From positions 14,886-78,885 of the forward strand of contig JAKASR010000006.1 in assembly GCA_021818955.1 (NCBI GenBank): a stretch of 64,000 nucleotides of DNA, in the 5' to 3' direction. The stretch comes from Acidobacteriota bacterium (GTDB taxonomy: Bacteria; Acidobacteriota; Terriglobia; Terriglobales; SCQP01). Positions 54,301 to 62,289 of the stretch are shown in pieces. The position numbers and the translations under genes were made by a program. The notes below the pieces were generated by a model. That model was not told the DNA's origin. It made no database searches and saw only the letters and a program-made list of their open reading frames with translations. The number at the start of each line of letters is the position of its first letter. The first letter of the stretch is position 1.

Positions 54301-54324
54301 AATTCATTCCGGGTTGGATGAATT
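54301..54324 (-). promoter_or_regulatory. Hairpin/inverted repeat in the leader of the EPS operon
   Basis: AATTCAT(T)CC-GGGTT-GGATGAATT, 22-45 nt upstream of the wza-like GTG and immediately 5' of its SD. Confidence 0.3.
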
Positions 54325-54467
54325 CCCCCGCCTTGGCAGGACTGCTAATGGCTCACGACGATACGAATAGCGAGCAAAAAGGTTCAGAACGGGAGTGGCC
54401 GGAAAGTGGTCGGCCTAAATTGGGCAGGCAGCCGCGATGTGGTTTGCTACTCTGTTCACACACTGGA

Positions 54468-57113
54468 ATGGCTAGTCCTGGTTCTGAAAAATTCGCCCAT
54501 CCCCGCCATGCCGCGGCTAGTCCAGTGGCGCTGTCGGCCGCCTCCGGCGTCGCTCCCACGGCTACGGAACCATATGGGTTAATTCAAGTCTCGCTTCCGG
54601 GCGCCTCCGGCTCAGGTTATACGTACCGCTTTCCCTCTGATTTATCGCCCCAACCCGGAATTCGTGTCTTAGTGCCCTGGCGCAATCAACAGCGGGTCGG
54701 CGTGGTGCTCGGCACGATTTCAGCGTTGCCGGAAGGTTTGCTGGCGGAACAAGTGCGCCCGATCGCCTGCATCCTCGATTTCGAGCCGTTGTTGATTCCG
54801 GAATTGCTCGAACTATTACGCTGGGCGGCGGATTATTACCACGCCGGATTGGGCGAGCTGCTGCAATGCGCCTTGCCGCCGGATCTGATCCGGCCGCGCC
54901 GTTTAGCCTTGACCGAGGCGGGAAGGGAAGAACTGAAGCGGCTTGCTGCGGAAGTCGCGCCGTCGCAGTTGGCTCTGCCGGCGCTGAATGCCCCGGTCGC
55001 CGCTCTCGTCAATCCCACGCTGGCCTGCCTCTCCGCCGCCGAGCGCGGACTGGCGCTGCCCGGAGCGCTTCGCCGGCGCGCCTTCACCGCGCTGGATTTA
55101 CAACGCGCCATCCGCCGCGGCTGGATCGCCTGCGTCGAGCAGGAGCCGCGCCGGCGTTCCGCGCCCACCACACTCTACTATCGAATTACCGATCGCCCCT
55201 GGAGCGAACCGTTGAGCCCGGCGCGCGTGCGCGTGCGCAACGCATTGCAGGCCGCTGGCGGCGAACTCAACGCGGCGGAGTTAGCCGGCATCGCTTCTAA
55301 TACCGTGTTGCGCGCGCTGCTGCGGCAGCAATATCTGCAAGCCTGTCCGCGCCCCACGCCGCCGCCGGCCCCGGAATGGGAGGCGCGCCCGCGAGTCGTT
55401 CGCCTCAACCCGCCGCAGGCTTGCGCGCTGCATGCGATCGTTGCCGCGCTCGACGCGCTCCCCCCCCCTGGTGTTCCGCTCGGCCGTCCGGCAAAGCCGG
55501 ATTCCGTCCCGGCGCCGCCGGTCTTTCTGTTGCATGGCGTGACCGGCAGCGGCAAAACCGCCGTCTATCTTGAAGCCATTGCCGCCTGCTTGGCGCGTGG
55601 ACGCGCGGCTCTGCTGCTGGCGCCTGAAATTGGGCTTACGCCGGCGCTCGAAGCCGATTTTGAACAGGCCTTCCCCGGCCAAGTCGCCATCCTGCATTCC
55701 GGCTTAAGCCGCGCCGAACGCAGCGCGGCCTGGTATCGCATCCGCCGGGGCGAAGCCCGGGTCGTGATTGGCACGCGTTCGGCTGTCTTTTCCCCGCTGC
55801 CGAATCCCGGCTTGATAATTGTGGATGAAGAACACGACGCATCTTTTAAGCAGCAAAACTCGCCCCGGTATCATGCGCGCGATCTGGCCTTGGTGCGCGC
55901 CCGCATCCAGGCTGCGGTGGCCGTGCTCGGCTCCGCCACGCCGGCGCTCGAAAGCTATCGCCATGCCCGTGTTGGCAAATATCACCTGCTGGAACTGCCT
56001 CAGCGCGTGATTGCCCGCCCGCTGCCCCGGGTTGAACTGGTCTCGATGCGCGACGCCTTTCGTCAACACTCCCAGGCCGCGCCAGCAGCTTCCGGCCTGC
56101 CGCGTTCCGAGTTGGTCGTCTCCGAGCCTTTGCGTGCCGCCTTGGCGGTCCGCCTGGAACGCGGCGAACAGTCGCTGGTATTGATCAATCGCCGCGGTTA
56201 CGCCCCGGTCGCGCTTTGCCGCGCTTGCGGCCAGGCGCAGGCTTGCCGCGATTGCTCCGCGCCCATGACCTGGCATAAACGCGCCGGCGTTCTGCTCTGC
56301 CATCTCTGCGGCTATTCCCAGCCGCCTCTGCAGACGTGCCCGGCTTGTGGTAGCGAGCATCTGTATTTTCTTGGCATTGGCAGCGAAAAGGTGGAAGAGC
56401 ACCTGCGCCGGCTTTTCCCCGCTGCCCGGCTCGGCCGGCTCGATCGCGATACCGTTCGTGGCCGGCGTGACTTTGCCCGCATCCTTGCCGCCTTCCGCCA
56501 CGGCGAACTGGATATTCTGCTCGGCACACAAATGATCGCCAAGGGACACGACCTGCCCGGCGTCACTCTGGTCGGCGTGATCCAGGCCGATTTGAGCTTG
56601 CTCCTGCCCGATTTCCGGGCTGCCGAGCGCACGTTCCAACTGTTGACCCAGGTGGCCGGACGCGCCGGGCGCGCGGCCTTGCCGGGCGAAGTCTATTTAC
56701 AGACCCTCTTTCCCGAACATTACGCCGTGCGCGCCGCCGCCGCGGCCGATTATTTTGGTTTTTGGCAGCGGGAGTGCCATTTTCGCCGTGCGCTCTCTTA
56801 TCCACCCTTTGCCTCGCTGGCTATGGTCCAATTGCGCGGGCCGCGGGAAGACTCCTTGCGCGCGGCTGCGCTGCAGCTTCGCGAACGGCTGGAAGCGGCG
56901 CGCAAAGCGGAGCAATTGCCGGTCCGCATTCTCGGCCCCGTGCCCGCGCTCGTCGCCCGCCTGAAACGCGAGTATCGCTTCCAGTTGCTGTTAAAATCTC
57001 CGCGCCGTTCCCCGCTGCATCGCCTGTTGGCCCGCCTCAATGCCATGGCCGCGGAGGTGTCACTTGCAGGCGGTAGCTTAATTGTGGATATTGACCCGGT
57101 TACGCTTGATTAA
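54468..57113 (+). CDS. priA: Primosomal replication-restart helicase PriA
   Basis: Walker A HGVTGSGKTAVY. IIVDEEHD. Zn-binding Cys clusters CRACGQAQACRDC...CHLCGY...CPACGS. The start is uncertain (ATG 54468 or GTG 54525). The ORF-track start at 54318 is probably an extension. Confidence 0.9.
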   Translation: MASPGSEKFAHPRHAAASPVALSAASGVAPTATEPYGLIQVSLPGASGSGYTYRFPSDLSPQPGIRVLVPWRNQQRVGVVLGTISALPEGLLAEQVRPIACILDFEPLLIPELLELLRWAADYYHAGLGELLQCALPPDLIRPRRLALTEAGREELKRLAAEVAPSQLALPALNAPVAALVNPTLACLSAAERGLALPGALRRRAFTALDLQRAIRRGWIACVEQEPRRRSAPTTLYYRITDRPWSEPLSPARVRVRNALQAAGGELNAAELAGIASNTVLRALLRQQYLQACPRPTPPPAPEWEARPRVVRLNPPQACALHAIVAALDALPPPGVPLGRPAKPDSVPAPPVFLLHGVTGSGKTAVYLEAIAACLARGRAALLLAPEIGLTPALEADFEQAFPGQVAILHSGLSRAERSAAWYRIRRGEARVVIGTRSAVFSPLPNPGLIIVDEEHDASFKQQNSPRYHARDLALVRARIQAAVAVLGSATPALESYRHARVGKYHLLELPQRVIARPLPRVELVSMRDAFRQHSQAAPAASGLPRSELVVSEPLRAALAVRLERGEQSLVLINRRGYAPVALCRACGQAQACRDCSAPMTWHKRAGVLLCHLCGYSQPPLQTCPACGSEHLYFLGIGSEKVEEHLRRLFPAARLGRLDRDTVRGRRDFARILAAFRHGELDILLGTQMIAKGHDLPGVTLVGVIQADLSLLLPDFRAAERTFQLLTQVAGRAGRAALPGEVYLQTLFPEHYAVRAAAAADYFGFWQRECHFRRALSYPPFASLAMVQLRGPREDSLRAAALQLRERLEAARKAEQLPVRILGPVPALVARLKREYRFQLLLKSPRRSPLHRLLARLNAMAAEVSLAGGSLIVDIDPVTLD

Positions 57114-57197
57114 AAATGTTGATGTCGCGGATATTCCAGGTAATCTTTTTCCCTAAAAGCGTTAACGGCCGAGTCGGGCAGCAGTTTTCGTCATTGG

Positions 57198-57287
57198 CAA
57201 TTTCGGAGAAATTGCCTGCAGCCTGCTCAATTTCGGAGAAATTGCCTGCAGCCTGCTCAATTTCGAAGAAATTGCCTGAAGCCATGC
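57198..57287 (+). repeat. Tandem 30-bp repeat x3 inside copy C, each unit carrying a CAATTTC-GGA-GAAATTG hairpin
   Basis: The unit CAATTTCGGAGAAATTGCCTGCAGCCTGCT occurs at 57198-57227 and 57228-57257 (identical). A third, diverged unit lies at 57258-57287. Copy B has a single unit. Confidence 0.9.
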
Positions 57288-57342
57288 CTGCGGGCCGAAG
57301 CGCGGGTTCCGGTTAGCCCGCGCCTATGAACGACGATACCAA

Positions 57343-57393
57343 GCAATTCCGCAGGAATTGCATCAAGCAAGCCGGCAATTCCGCAGGAATTGC
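57343..57393 (+). repeat. Two copies of the 19-nt hairpin GCAATTCC-GCA-GGAATTGC, 32 nt apart
   Basis: Identical 19-mers at 57343-57361 and 57375-57393. This module is absent from copy B. Confidence 0.9.
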
Positions 57394-57477
57394 GTCCGGC
57401 AATGCCCGGCATCCATGAGTATTCGCCATGCGTCCGGTTTCGGCCGGACCTTTGCGAAAGCGTCAGCGCCTAAAAGT

Positions 57478-57506
57478 AAAAGCGGCCGTGCCGCTTTTCT
57501 TGTTTT
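57478..57506. terminator. Bidirectional terminator-like hairpin formed by the repeat right terminus
   Basis: AAAAGCGGC-CGT-GCCGCTTTT followed by CTTGTTTTC. It sits between the priA stop (57113) and the M50 protease stop (57506). Confidence 0.55.
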
Positions 57507-58447
57507 CAAACTAGACGAACCGGGGCCAGCACCATGGTCAAGGCGAGAATAATAGCCCCAGCCAGCGCCAGACTGAGGCGCAAAGGCCCTAAATCTTCCC
57601 CGCGAGGCACGCCTGGATGTTGTCCGCGCATCAGCAGGATAAATCCCGCCCAGATGTACCAGCCCTGCCAATAACGCCATCCCGCCCATACCAACGCTGG
57701 CGCCAGCAGCCAGGATGTCCAACGGTGCAGCCGGGGCGCCAGCGCGTAAAGAATATGGCCGCCGTCCAATTGTCCGGCCGGGATCAAATTCAGCATGGTG
57801 GCCATGAAGCCGAACCAGGCGGCACGGGCTACGGGGGATAAATAGATTTGCCCGGCCGCCATGCCGGGATGAGCCACCCACAATATGGCGTGTGCCACCG
57901 CCGGCCAGCCGAAGGCCATTCCGCTGGCGTTGGTCGGAAAGGGTTTCAGCACCGATTGCCGCAATCCTAGCCAGAAATAAGGTACAGCCACTACGAATCC
58001 GGCCAGCGGGCCGGCGATGCCGACGTCCAGCAGTGCCCGGCGATGGGGAAAAGGAGAATGAATGCGTATAAACGCGCCTAGCGTGCCCAATAGCGTGGGC
58101 GCCGGAAGAAAATAAGGTAGCGAGGCGGCCATCCCGTACTGGCGGCAGGCAAGATAGTGTCCCATCTCGTGCGCCAGCAGTATCAACAGCAGCGTCGAGC
58201 AGAACGGCAGCCCCTGCATTAGCAGGCCGGGATGATGCCAAGCCCATAGAAACGGAAATACGTCATTGAAAGTGCGAAACGGCGGGCGCAGGCGGTTGAA
58301 ATTGTATTGCAGGCGCGCGCCCACAACCAGCATGGATACGCTGGTCAGCAGCAGCAGCAATGCCGGTACGAGCCGGGGCGCGTGGTATTCCGCCGGCCAT
58401 AAAGGCAAGTTGGGATAGGGAATATAAGTTTCGCGGTCGGCCTGCAT
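57506..58447 (-). CDS. Site-2 protease family (M50) membrane metalloprotease
   Basis: HExxH in LLAHEMGHYLACRQYG. Multi-TM. Downstream NLIPAGQLDGGH motif. Confidence 0.85.
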   Translation of the reverse strand: MQADRETYIPYPNLPLWPAEYHAPRLVPALLLLLTSVSMLVVGARLQYNFNRLRPPFRTFNDVFPFLWAWHHPGLLMQGLPFCSTLLLILLAHEMGHYLACRQYGMAASLPYFLPAPTLLGTLGAFIRIHSPFPHRRALLDVGIAGPLAGFVVAVPYFWLGLRQSVLKPFPTNASGMAFGWPAVAHAILWVAHPGMAAGQIYLSPVARAAWFGFMATMLNLIPAGQLDGGHILYALAPRLHRWTSWLLAPALVWAGWRYWQGWYIWAGFILLMRGQHPGVPRGEDLGPLRLSLALAGAIILALTMVLAPVRLV

Positions 58448-58520
58448 GCTGTTCCCAGTTTAGGCCGGGGCGCGGCCGCGAGGGTTGGCCGGGATCTGCC
58501 GGCCGATCCTGGCGGGGGAT

Positions 58521-58790
58521 TTATTCGATGGTCTGCAACTCTTTTCCCGGTTTGAAACGAACGGCGCGTCCGGGGGGAATGGTGACCTGCCGGCCCGTGC
58601 GTGGGTTGCGCCCAATTCCGGTTTTGCGCGGACGCACTTGAAAAACACCAAAACCGCGCAATTCGATCCGCTCCCCCTGCTCCAGCGCTTGTTTCATTTT
58701 TTCAAAAATGCTTTCCACTGCTTGCTCGGCCTTGGCTTTCGGCAAGCCCGTGCGTTGTACGACCTCATTGACAATGTCTTGCTTGATCAC
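58521..58790 (-). CDS. Integration host factor / HU-family DNA-binding protein
   Basis: RIELRGFGVFQVRPRKTGIGRNPRTGRQVTIPPGRAVRFKPGKEL. Start set at GTG 58790 (AAGAGGGG SD 4 nt upstream), giving about 90 aa. The ORF-track 128-aa version is an extension. Confidence 0.85.
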   Translation of the reverse strand: MIKQDIVNEVVQRTGLPKAKAEQAVESIFEKMKQALEQGERIELRGFGVFQVRPRKTGIGRNPRTGRQVTIPPGRAVRFKPGKELQTIE

Positions 58791-58975
58791 AGTACCCCTC
58801 TTATCTGTCGCGGCATCGGCCTGGTGCCGGACAAAAACTGTTGGATTCTGCTGCGAGGCAAAATCGGCCGTGCCGACATCTTGCCACACTCTGGCGCGCT
58901 CGGCCAAATATAGTTTGCCGTGTAATTAGGTCGATCTTCATCCCCCGAATGTGGGGACGAAGCGAAGCCCAAGAG

Positions 58976-59626
58976 TCAATTTCCGGAAATACTGCCGGGA
59001 GGCGTGCCTTTTGAAGCGGCGGCCGACATCCATGCCTGCGCTTCCGCGTCGGCTAGCAACAGGCTATGGGGTGGCTTGCGCGCATTGCGCCGTGTCAATT
59101 GCCGGGGAATTGAACCAATCGCCAGCGCCAAGCCCAGCAGGAAAAGTCCGACAGCCAGGTTGGATTGATACGGCGCCAGGCTATGCTGCAGAGAGCGTAA
59201 CGCGGCCTGAATTTCCACCCCGAAATAAACCAAAATCCCCGTCCAAATAAACGCTCCGGCTATATTGCAGAGCAGGAACAGCCGGCGGCGGATGTGCATC
59301 GCGCCCGCGGCGCAGGGGATCAGCAGGCGAAATCCCCACATGAAACGCGAAAAAATCAGCGTCATGCGGCCAAAATTTCCGTGCAGCCAATGCTTGACCC
59401 GGGATTCGGAAACGTCGGGCAGATAGCGGCGCCCACCCCGCCGGCCCAACTCGTACAGCACCATGTTCGCTACAAAACTTATCCCCAGCGCCAAGCCAAT
59501 CACCCAGCGCAGGTTGAAGTAGGCATCCTCGGCTAGGATCACCGCCGCGACCAAGGTCGCATCGCCTTCCAAAATAATGCCGAGAATTAAAAATGCGTAT
59601 CCGTAATGTAGCAGTAGATATTGCAC
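58976..59626 (-). CDS. DedA-family inner-membrane protein
   Basis: GYAFLILGIILEGDATLVAA and FSRFMWGFRLLIPCAAG. GTG start. Confidence 0.8.
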   Translation of the reverse strand: MQYLLLHYGYAFLILGIILEGDATLVAAVILAEDAYFNLRWVIGLALGISFVANMVLYELGRRGGRRYLPDVSESRVKHWLHGNFGRMTLIFSRFMWGFRLLIPCAAGAMHIRRRLFLLCNIAGAFIWTGILVYFGVEIQAALRSLQHSLAPYQSNLAVGLFLLGLALAIGSIPRQLTRRNARKPPHSLLLADAEAQAWMSAAASKGTPPGSISGN

Positions 59627-59823
59627 TGGCTTTTTTAAATTTTCACGTTATCTGCGCTACAGTCTGACGCTCTGCTTTTCGCGCCACACTGATAGGGGGA
59701 ACCCGGTCATTCCAGTTTTGGTAAAACCGCTCAGCAAATTCTATTAAAACTGGTAGTAGACTGCAAATCCTGTTTACTACAGGATTAATAACTTCTACAC
59801 CATAGGAGGGGGCTTGTCCAGTC

Positions 59824-59880
59824 GAAAGTGTATTGGCCCGAGTCGGACAGTCGTTCATTTCCGCCCGGCTTGGCAATCTC
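59824..59880 (+). repeat. Degenerate partial copy of the repeat left module
   Basis: GAAAGTGTATTGGCCCGAGTCGGACAG...TTGGCAATCTC compared with AAAAGCGTTAACGGCCGAGTCGGGCAG...TTGGCAATTTC (57155-57204). The GCCGAGTCGG(G/A)CAG block matches 13/15. Confidence 0.45.
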
Positions 59881-59909
59881 CTAACCAGTGCTATAGGCTG
59901 GAAGAAATC

Positions 59910-60998
59910 ATGAATACGACGCTTGTATCGTCCCGGACCGGCATCACCGGTCTGGTGGATCAAATTGCCGGGGGGGAGCGGTTGCAGCCCGATTCCGCCC
60001 TCCGCTTGTGGCGGGAGGCCGGCGAGGCGGATTGGCGCCGGCTGGCTGGCGCCGCTCGGGCCCGTTTTCACGCCCCGCATGACTGCACCTACCTGATCAT
60101 GCGGATCATCAATTACACCAATGTCTGCGTGGCCCAGTGCGATTATTGCGCGTTTTATAAACTCCCCGGCGAGCCGGGCGGATATGTGCTCGACCGCGAG
60201 GCAGTCTTTGCCAAAATTGACGATTTACTGGCCCGCGGTGGCGATTTGGCCGGCTTTAATGGCGGCTTCAATCCTCACCTGCCGCTTGATTACTATTGCC
60301 GGTTATTTGCCCAGATCCGCGAGCGTTATGGCGAGCGTCTGGAATTTTACGCGCTCACCGTGGCGGAGTTTCTCTACCTTGCCGACCGCGCTCGCATCAG
60401 CTTGGCCGAAGCCGCCGAACGCTTGCGCCACGCCGGCGTGCGCTGGGTTACCGGCGGGGGTGCGGAAATATTGACCGAGAGCTTTCGCGCCCGCCACAGC
60501 CGCTTCAAGTACCGTGTCACCGATTTTTTTGATGCTCAGCGCGCGTTGCTCGCCGCCGGCCTAAAAACCACCGCCACCATGGTGATCGGTTTCGATGAAA
60601 GCGTGGAGGAGCGCATCGAACACCTGGAGCGTGTGCGCCAATTTCAAGAACAAACCGGCGGTTTGGCCAGCTTTTTATGCTGGACCTATAAGCCCTACAA
60701 CACCGCGCTCGGCGGCCGGGAAATCGCCGCCGAGGAGTATTTACGCCACCTCGCCCTGTGCCGCGTTTACCTGGATAATATCCCGCGCCTGCGCACTTCC
60801 GTGTTGACCCAGAACGAGCGCGCGCTCGAAGGCTTGGCTTGGGGCGCGGATGATTTCGATTTGCCGCTGGAAGACGAAGTCACCGAGCTGGCCGGCGCCC
60901 GCATCGAGATCGATCTCGATCGCCTGCTCGCCCATGCTCGCGCCCTCGGGTTCACGCCCCGCTACCGCCATGTCGCCGCCATGCCCGCCGGAGCATGA
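59910..60998 (+). CDS. Radical-SAM enzyme of the futalosine menaquinone pathway family (MqnC/MqnE/CofH-like)
   Basis: CxxxCxxC cluster NYTNVCVAQCDYCAFY, about 362 aa. MqnC and MqnE cannot be distinguished by eye. Confidence 0.7.
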   Translation: MNTTLVSSRTGITGLVDQIAGGERLQPDSALRLWREAGEADWRRLAGAARARFHAPHDCTYLIMRIINYTNVCVAQCDYCAFYKLPGEPGGYVLDREAVFAKIDDLLARGGDLAGFNGGFNPHLPLDYYCRLFAQIRERYGERLEFYALTVAEFLYLADRARISLAEAAERLRHAGVRWVTGGGAEILTESFRARHSRFKYRVTDFFDAQRALLAAGLKTTATMVIGFDESVEERIEHLERVRQFQEQTGGLASFLCWTYKPYNTALGGREIAAEEYLRHLALCRVYLDNIPRLRTSVLTQNERALEGLAWGADDFDLPLEDEVTELAGARIEIDLDRLLAHARALGFTPRYRHVAAMPAGA

Positions 60999-61002
60999 TC
61001 CC

Positions 61003-61069
61003 CATCCATGAGTATTCGCCATGCGTCCGGTTTCGGCCGGGACCTTTGCGAAAGCGTCAGCGCCTAAAG
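61003..61069 (+). repeat. Dispersed intergenic repeat, copy D (core only, 3'-truncated, 1-nt insertion)
   Basis: ATCCATGAGTATTCGCCATGCGTCCGGTTTCGGCCGGGACCTTTGCGAAAGCGTCAGCGCCTAAAG matches 57411-57476 apart from one extra G. It begins 5 nt after the mqn stop and ends 5 nt before the rhodanese stop. Confidence 0.9.
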
Positions 61070-61073
61070 TCTC

Positions 61074-61532
61074 TTATTGGCGGGTGTGCGGCAACCCGGC
61101 CTGGATCCAGTTGGTGTAGAAGTTTTGCGGCAAGTCGATGACCCGCACTTGCCGGAAGCCCATTTTTTTCAGCACCGTCCACGCCGGGCGCACGTTGGGG
61201 CACTCGGCCATGGGGCAGCAGCCGCAATAAATGAAAATTTGCGCGTTTCGTGGCCAGCTCTTGACCGCCTGCCGCAGCTTCTGCCGGCCTTGGGCCGTGC
61301 GCGCCGGTCCGGCATAAATTGCGCCTGGAATGTGTCCCGCTTCGTAGAGGCGAAAAAAGCCGACTTGAACTACGCGCGGGCGCCGGGCGGCCGGGCCGCG
61401 AAGCTCTGCCGCCGCCCGTTGCGTGCGGATCAATTTCATTCCGGAGCGGCTGGCTTGCGCCGGCGCCGGCGGCGCCTGCATCGTCAACAGGAAAAGTCCG
61501 GCCAGGGAATACAGTCCAAAACGATGTAACAT
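61074..61532 (-). CDS. Secreted rhodanese-domain protein
   Basis: Signal peptide MLHRFGLYSLAGLFLLTMQAPPAPAQA. GHIPGAIY. Active-site loop FIYCGCC. Start at ATG 61532 with GGAGG upstream. Confidence 0.7.
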   Translation of the reverse strand: MLHRFGLYSLAGLFLLTMQAPPAPAQASRSGMKLIRTQRAAAELRGPAARRPRVVQVGFFRLYEAGHIPGAIYAGPARTAQGRQKLRQAVKSWPRNAQIFIYCGCCPMAECPNVRPAWTVLKKMGFRQVRVIDLPQNFYTNWIQAGLPHTRQ

Positions 61533-61680
61533 CCCCACCTCCAGGCACTACGCCCATTCCCATTTTGCCGCATCCTGACGGCTTTCTGATGCCTGTTTTT
61601 TAGGAGGCTAGCTGTCCAGCATAGGGATTGTGCTATATTGCCGCCCGGATAGTAAAAAGCGCTGGGCTGAAGGAGGTTGG

Positions 61681-62289
61681 ATGGAAGCCATAGCCTATTG
61701 CACCCAATGCGGTTGCGCCACCACCCCCGATAATTTAGTGACCTTGGCGGGAATGCCGGTTTGTGGTGCCTGTAAACCGGAATTTCTGCGCCGCCTGCAA
61801 ACTGGCGCCGCCGAATTGGGGGCGGCACAGGCCGCGGCCGGCCGCCGATATCGAGGCTTCTGGTTTCGCGTTCTCTCTTATCTGCTCGACAGCATGATTT
61901 TGGGCGTGCTGTTGGCTCCTCTTCAGTTTTGGGTTTTCGGCAGCATGGCTTTCACCCTGCAGGCAAACAATCCCGCGCAACTTCAAGCCAATCTGCCTGG
62001 TTTTTTTATGCGGTCTCTTTTGTTAGACCTGGTAACGTTAGGGGTAACTATAGCGTATGCCACGCTGATGATCGGGCGATGGGGAGCGACATTGGGGCTA
62101 ATGGCCATCGAGGCGCGGGTGGTCAATCGGGACGGTACGCCGCTCGGCTATGCCAAAGCCTTAGGTCGCGCATTCGCCATCATTCTCAGTGGCGTAACAC
62201 TCGGTATTGGGTTTCTGATGGTCGCGTTTGATGAACAGAAACGCGGCCTGCATGATCGCATTTGCGATACGCTGGTGGTCCAGAAATGA
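61681..62289 (+). CDS. RDD-family membrane protein with N-terminal zinc ribbon
   Basis: CTQCG...CGAC. RDD region RYRGFWFRVLSYLLDSMIL...GLHDRICDTLVV. AGGAGG SD precedes ATG 61681. Confidence 0.7.
   Translation: MEAIAYCTQCGCATTPDNLVTLAGMPVCGACKPEFLRRLQTGAAELGAAQAAAGRRYRGFWFRVLSYLLDSMILGVLLAPLQFWVFGSMAFTLQANNPAQLQANLPGFFMRSLLLDLVTLGVTIAYATLMIGRWGATLGLMAIEARVVNRDGTPLGYAKALGRAFAIILSGVTLGIGFLMVAFDEQKRGLHDRICDTLVVQK

Larger units (their letters stand above)
57150..57494 (+). repeat. Dispersed intergenic repeat, copy C (longest form, about 345 nt)
   Basis: Collinear with 33644-33868, but with expanded hairpin modules. It fills the convergent priA / M50-protease intergenic region. Confidence 0.9.

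Noticed and set aside
54330-54350. Sigma54-type promoter (TGGCAG...GCTAA) between the EPS operon and priA.
   Set aside because: The GG and GC elements are spaced 3 nt too close relative to the TGGCAC-N5-TTGCW consensus, and the motif is on the + strand, facing away from the EPS operon.
57198-57287. CRISPR-like array (30-bp direct repeats).
   Set aside because: The units are directly tandem with no unique spacers, there are only three of them, and no cas genes are present in the window.
57151-57478. MITE interpretation with CCTAAAAG as an 8-bp target-site duplication flanking the long repeat (57152-57159 and 57469-57476).
   Set aside because: Sequence beyond the right-hand CCTAAAAG (TAAAAGCGGCCGTGCCGC) is itself conserved in copies A, B, C and the inverted copy, so it is part of the element rather than flank. 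Copy B's left CCTAAAAG is imperfect. I found no convincing terminal inverted repeats.
57417-57552. Possible small peptide encoded by the repeat core (MSIRHASGFGRTFAKASAPKSKSGRAA...; also 33684-33884).
   Set aside because: Copy D carries a 1-nt insertion that destroys the frame. The upstream and downstream parts of the ORFs differ completely between copies. There is no SD before the ATG. The few substitutions (2 synonymous, 2 non-synonymous between B and C) give no evidence of purifying selection.
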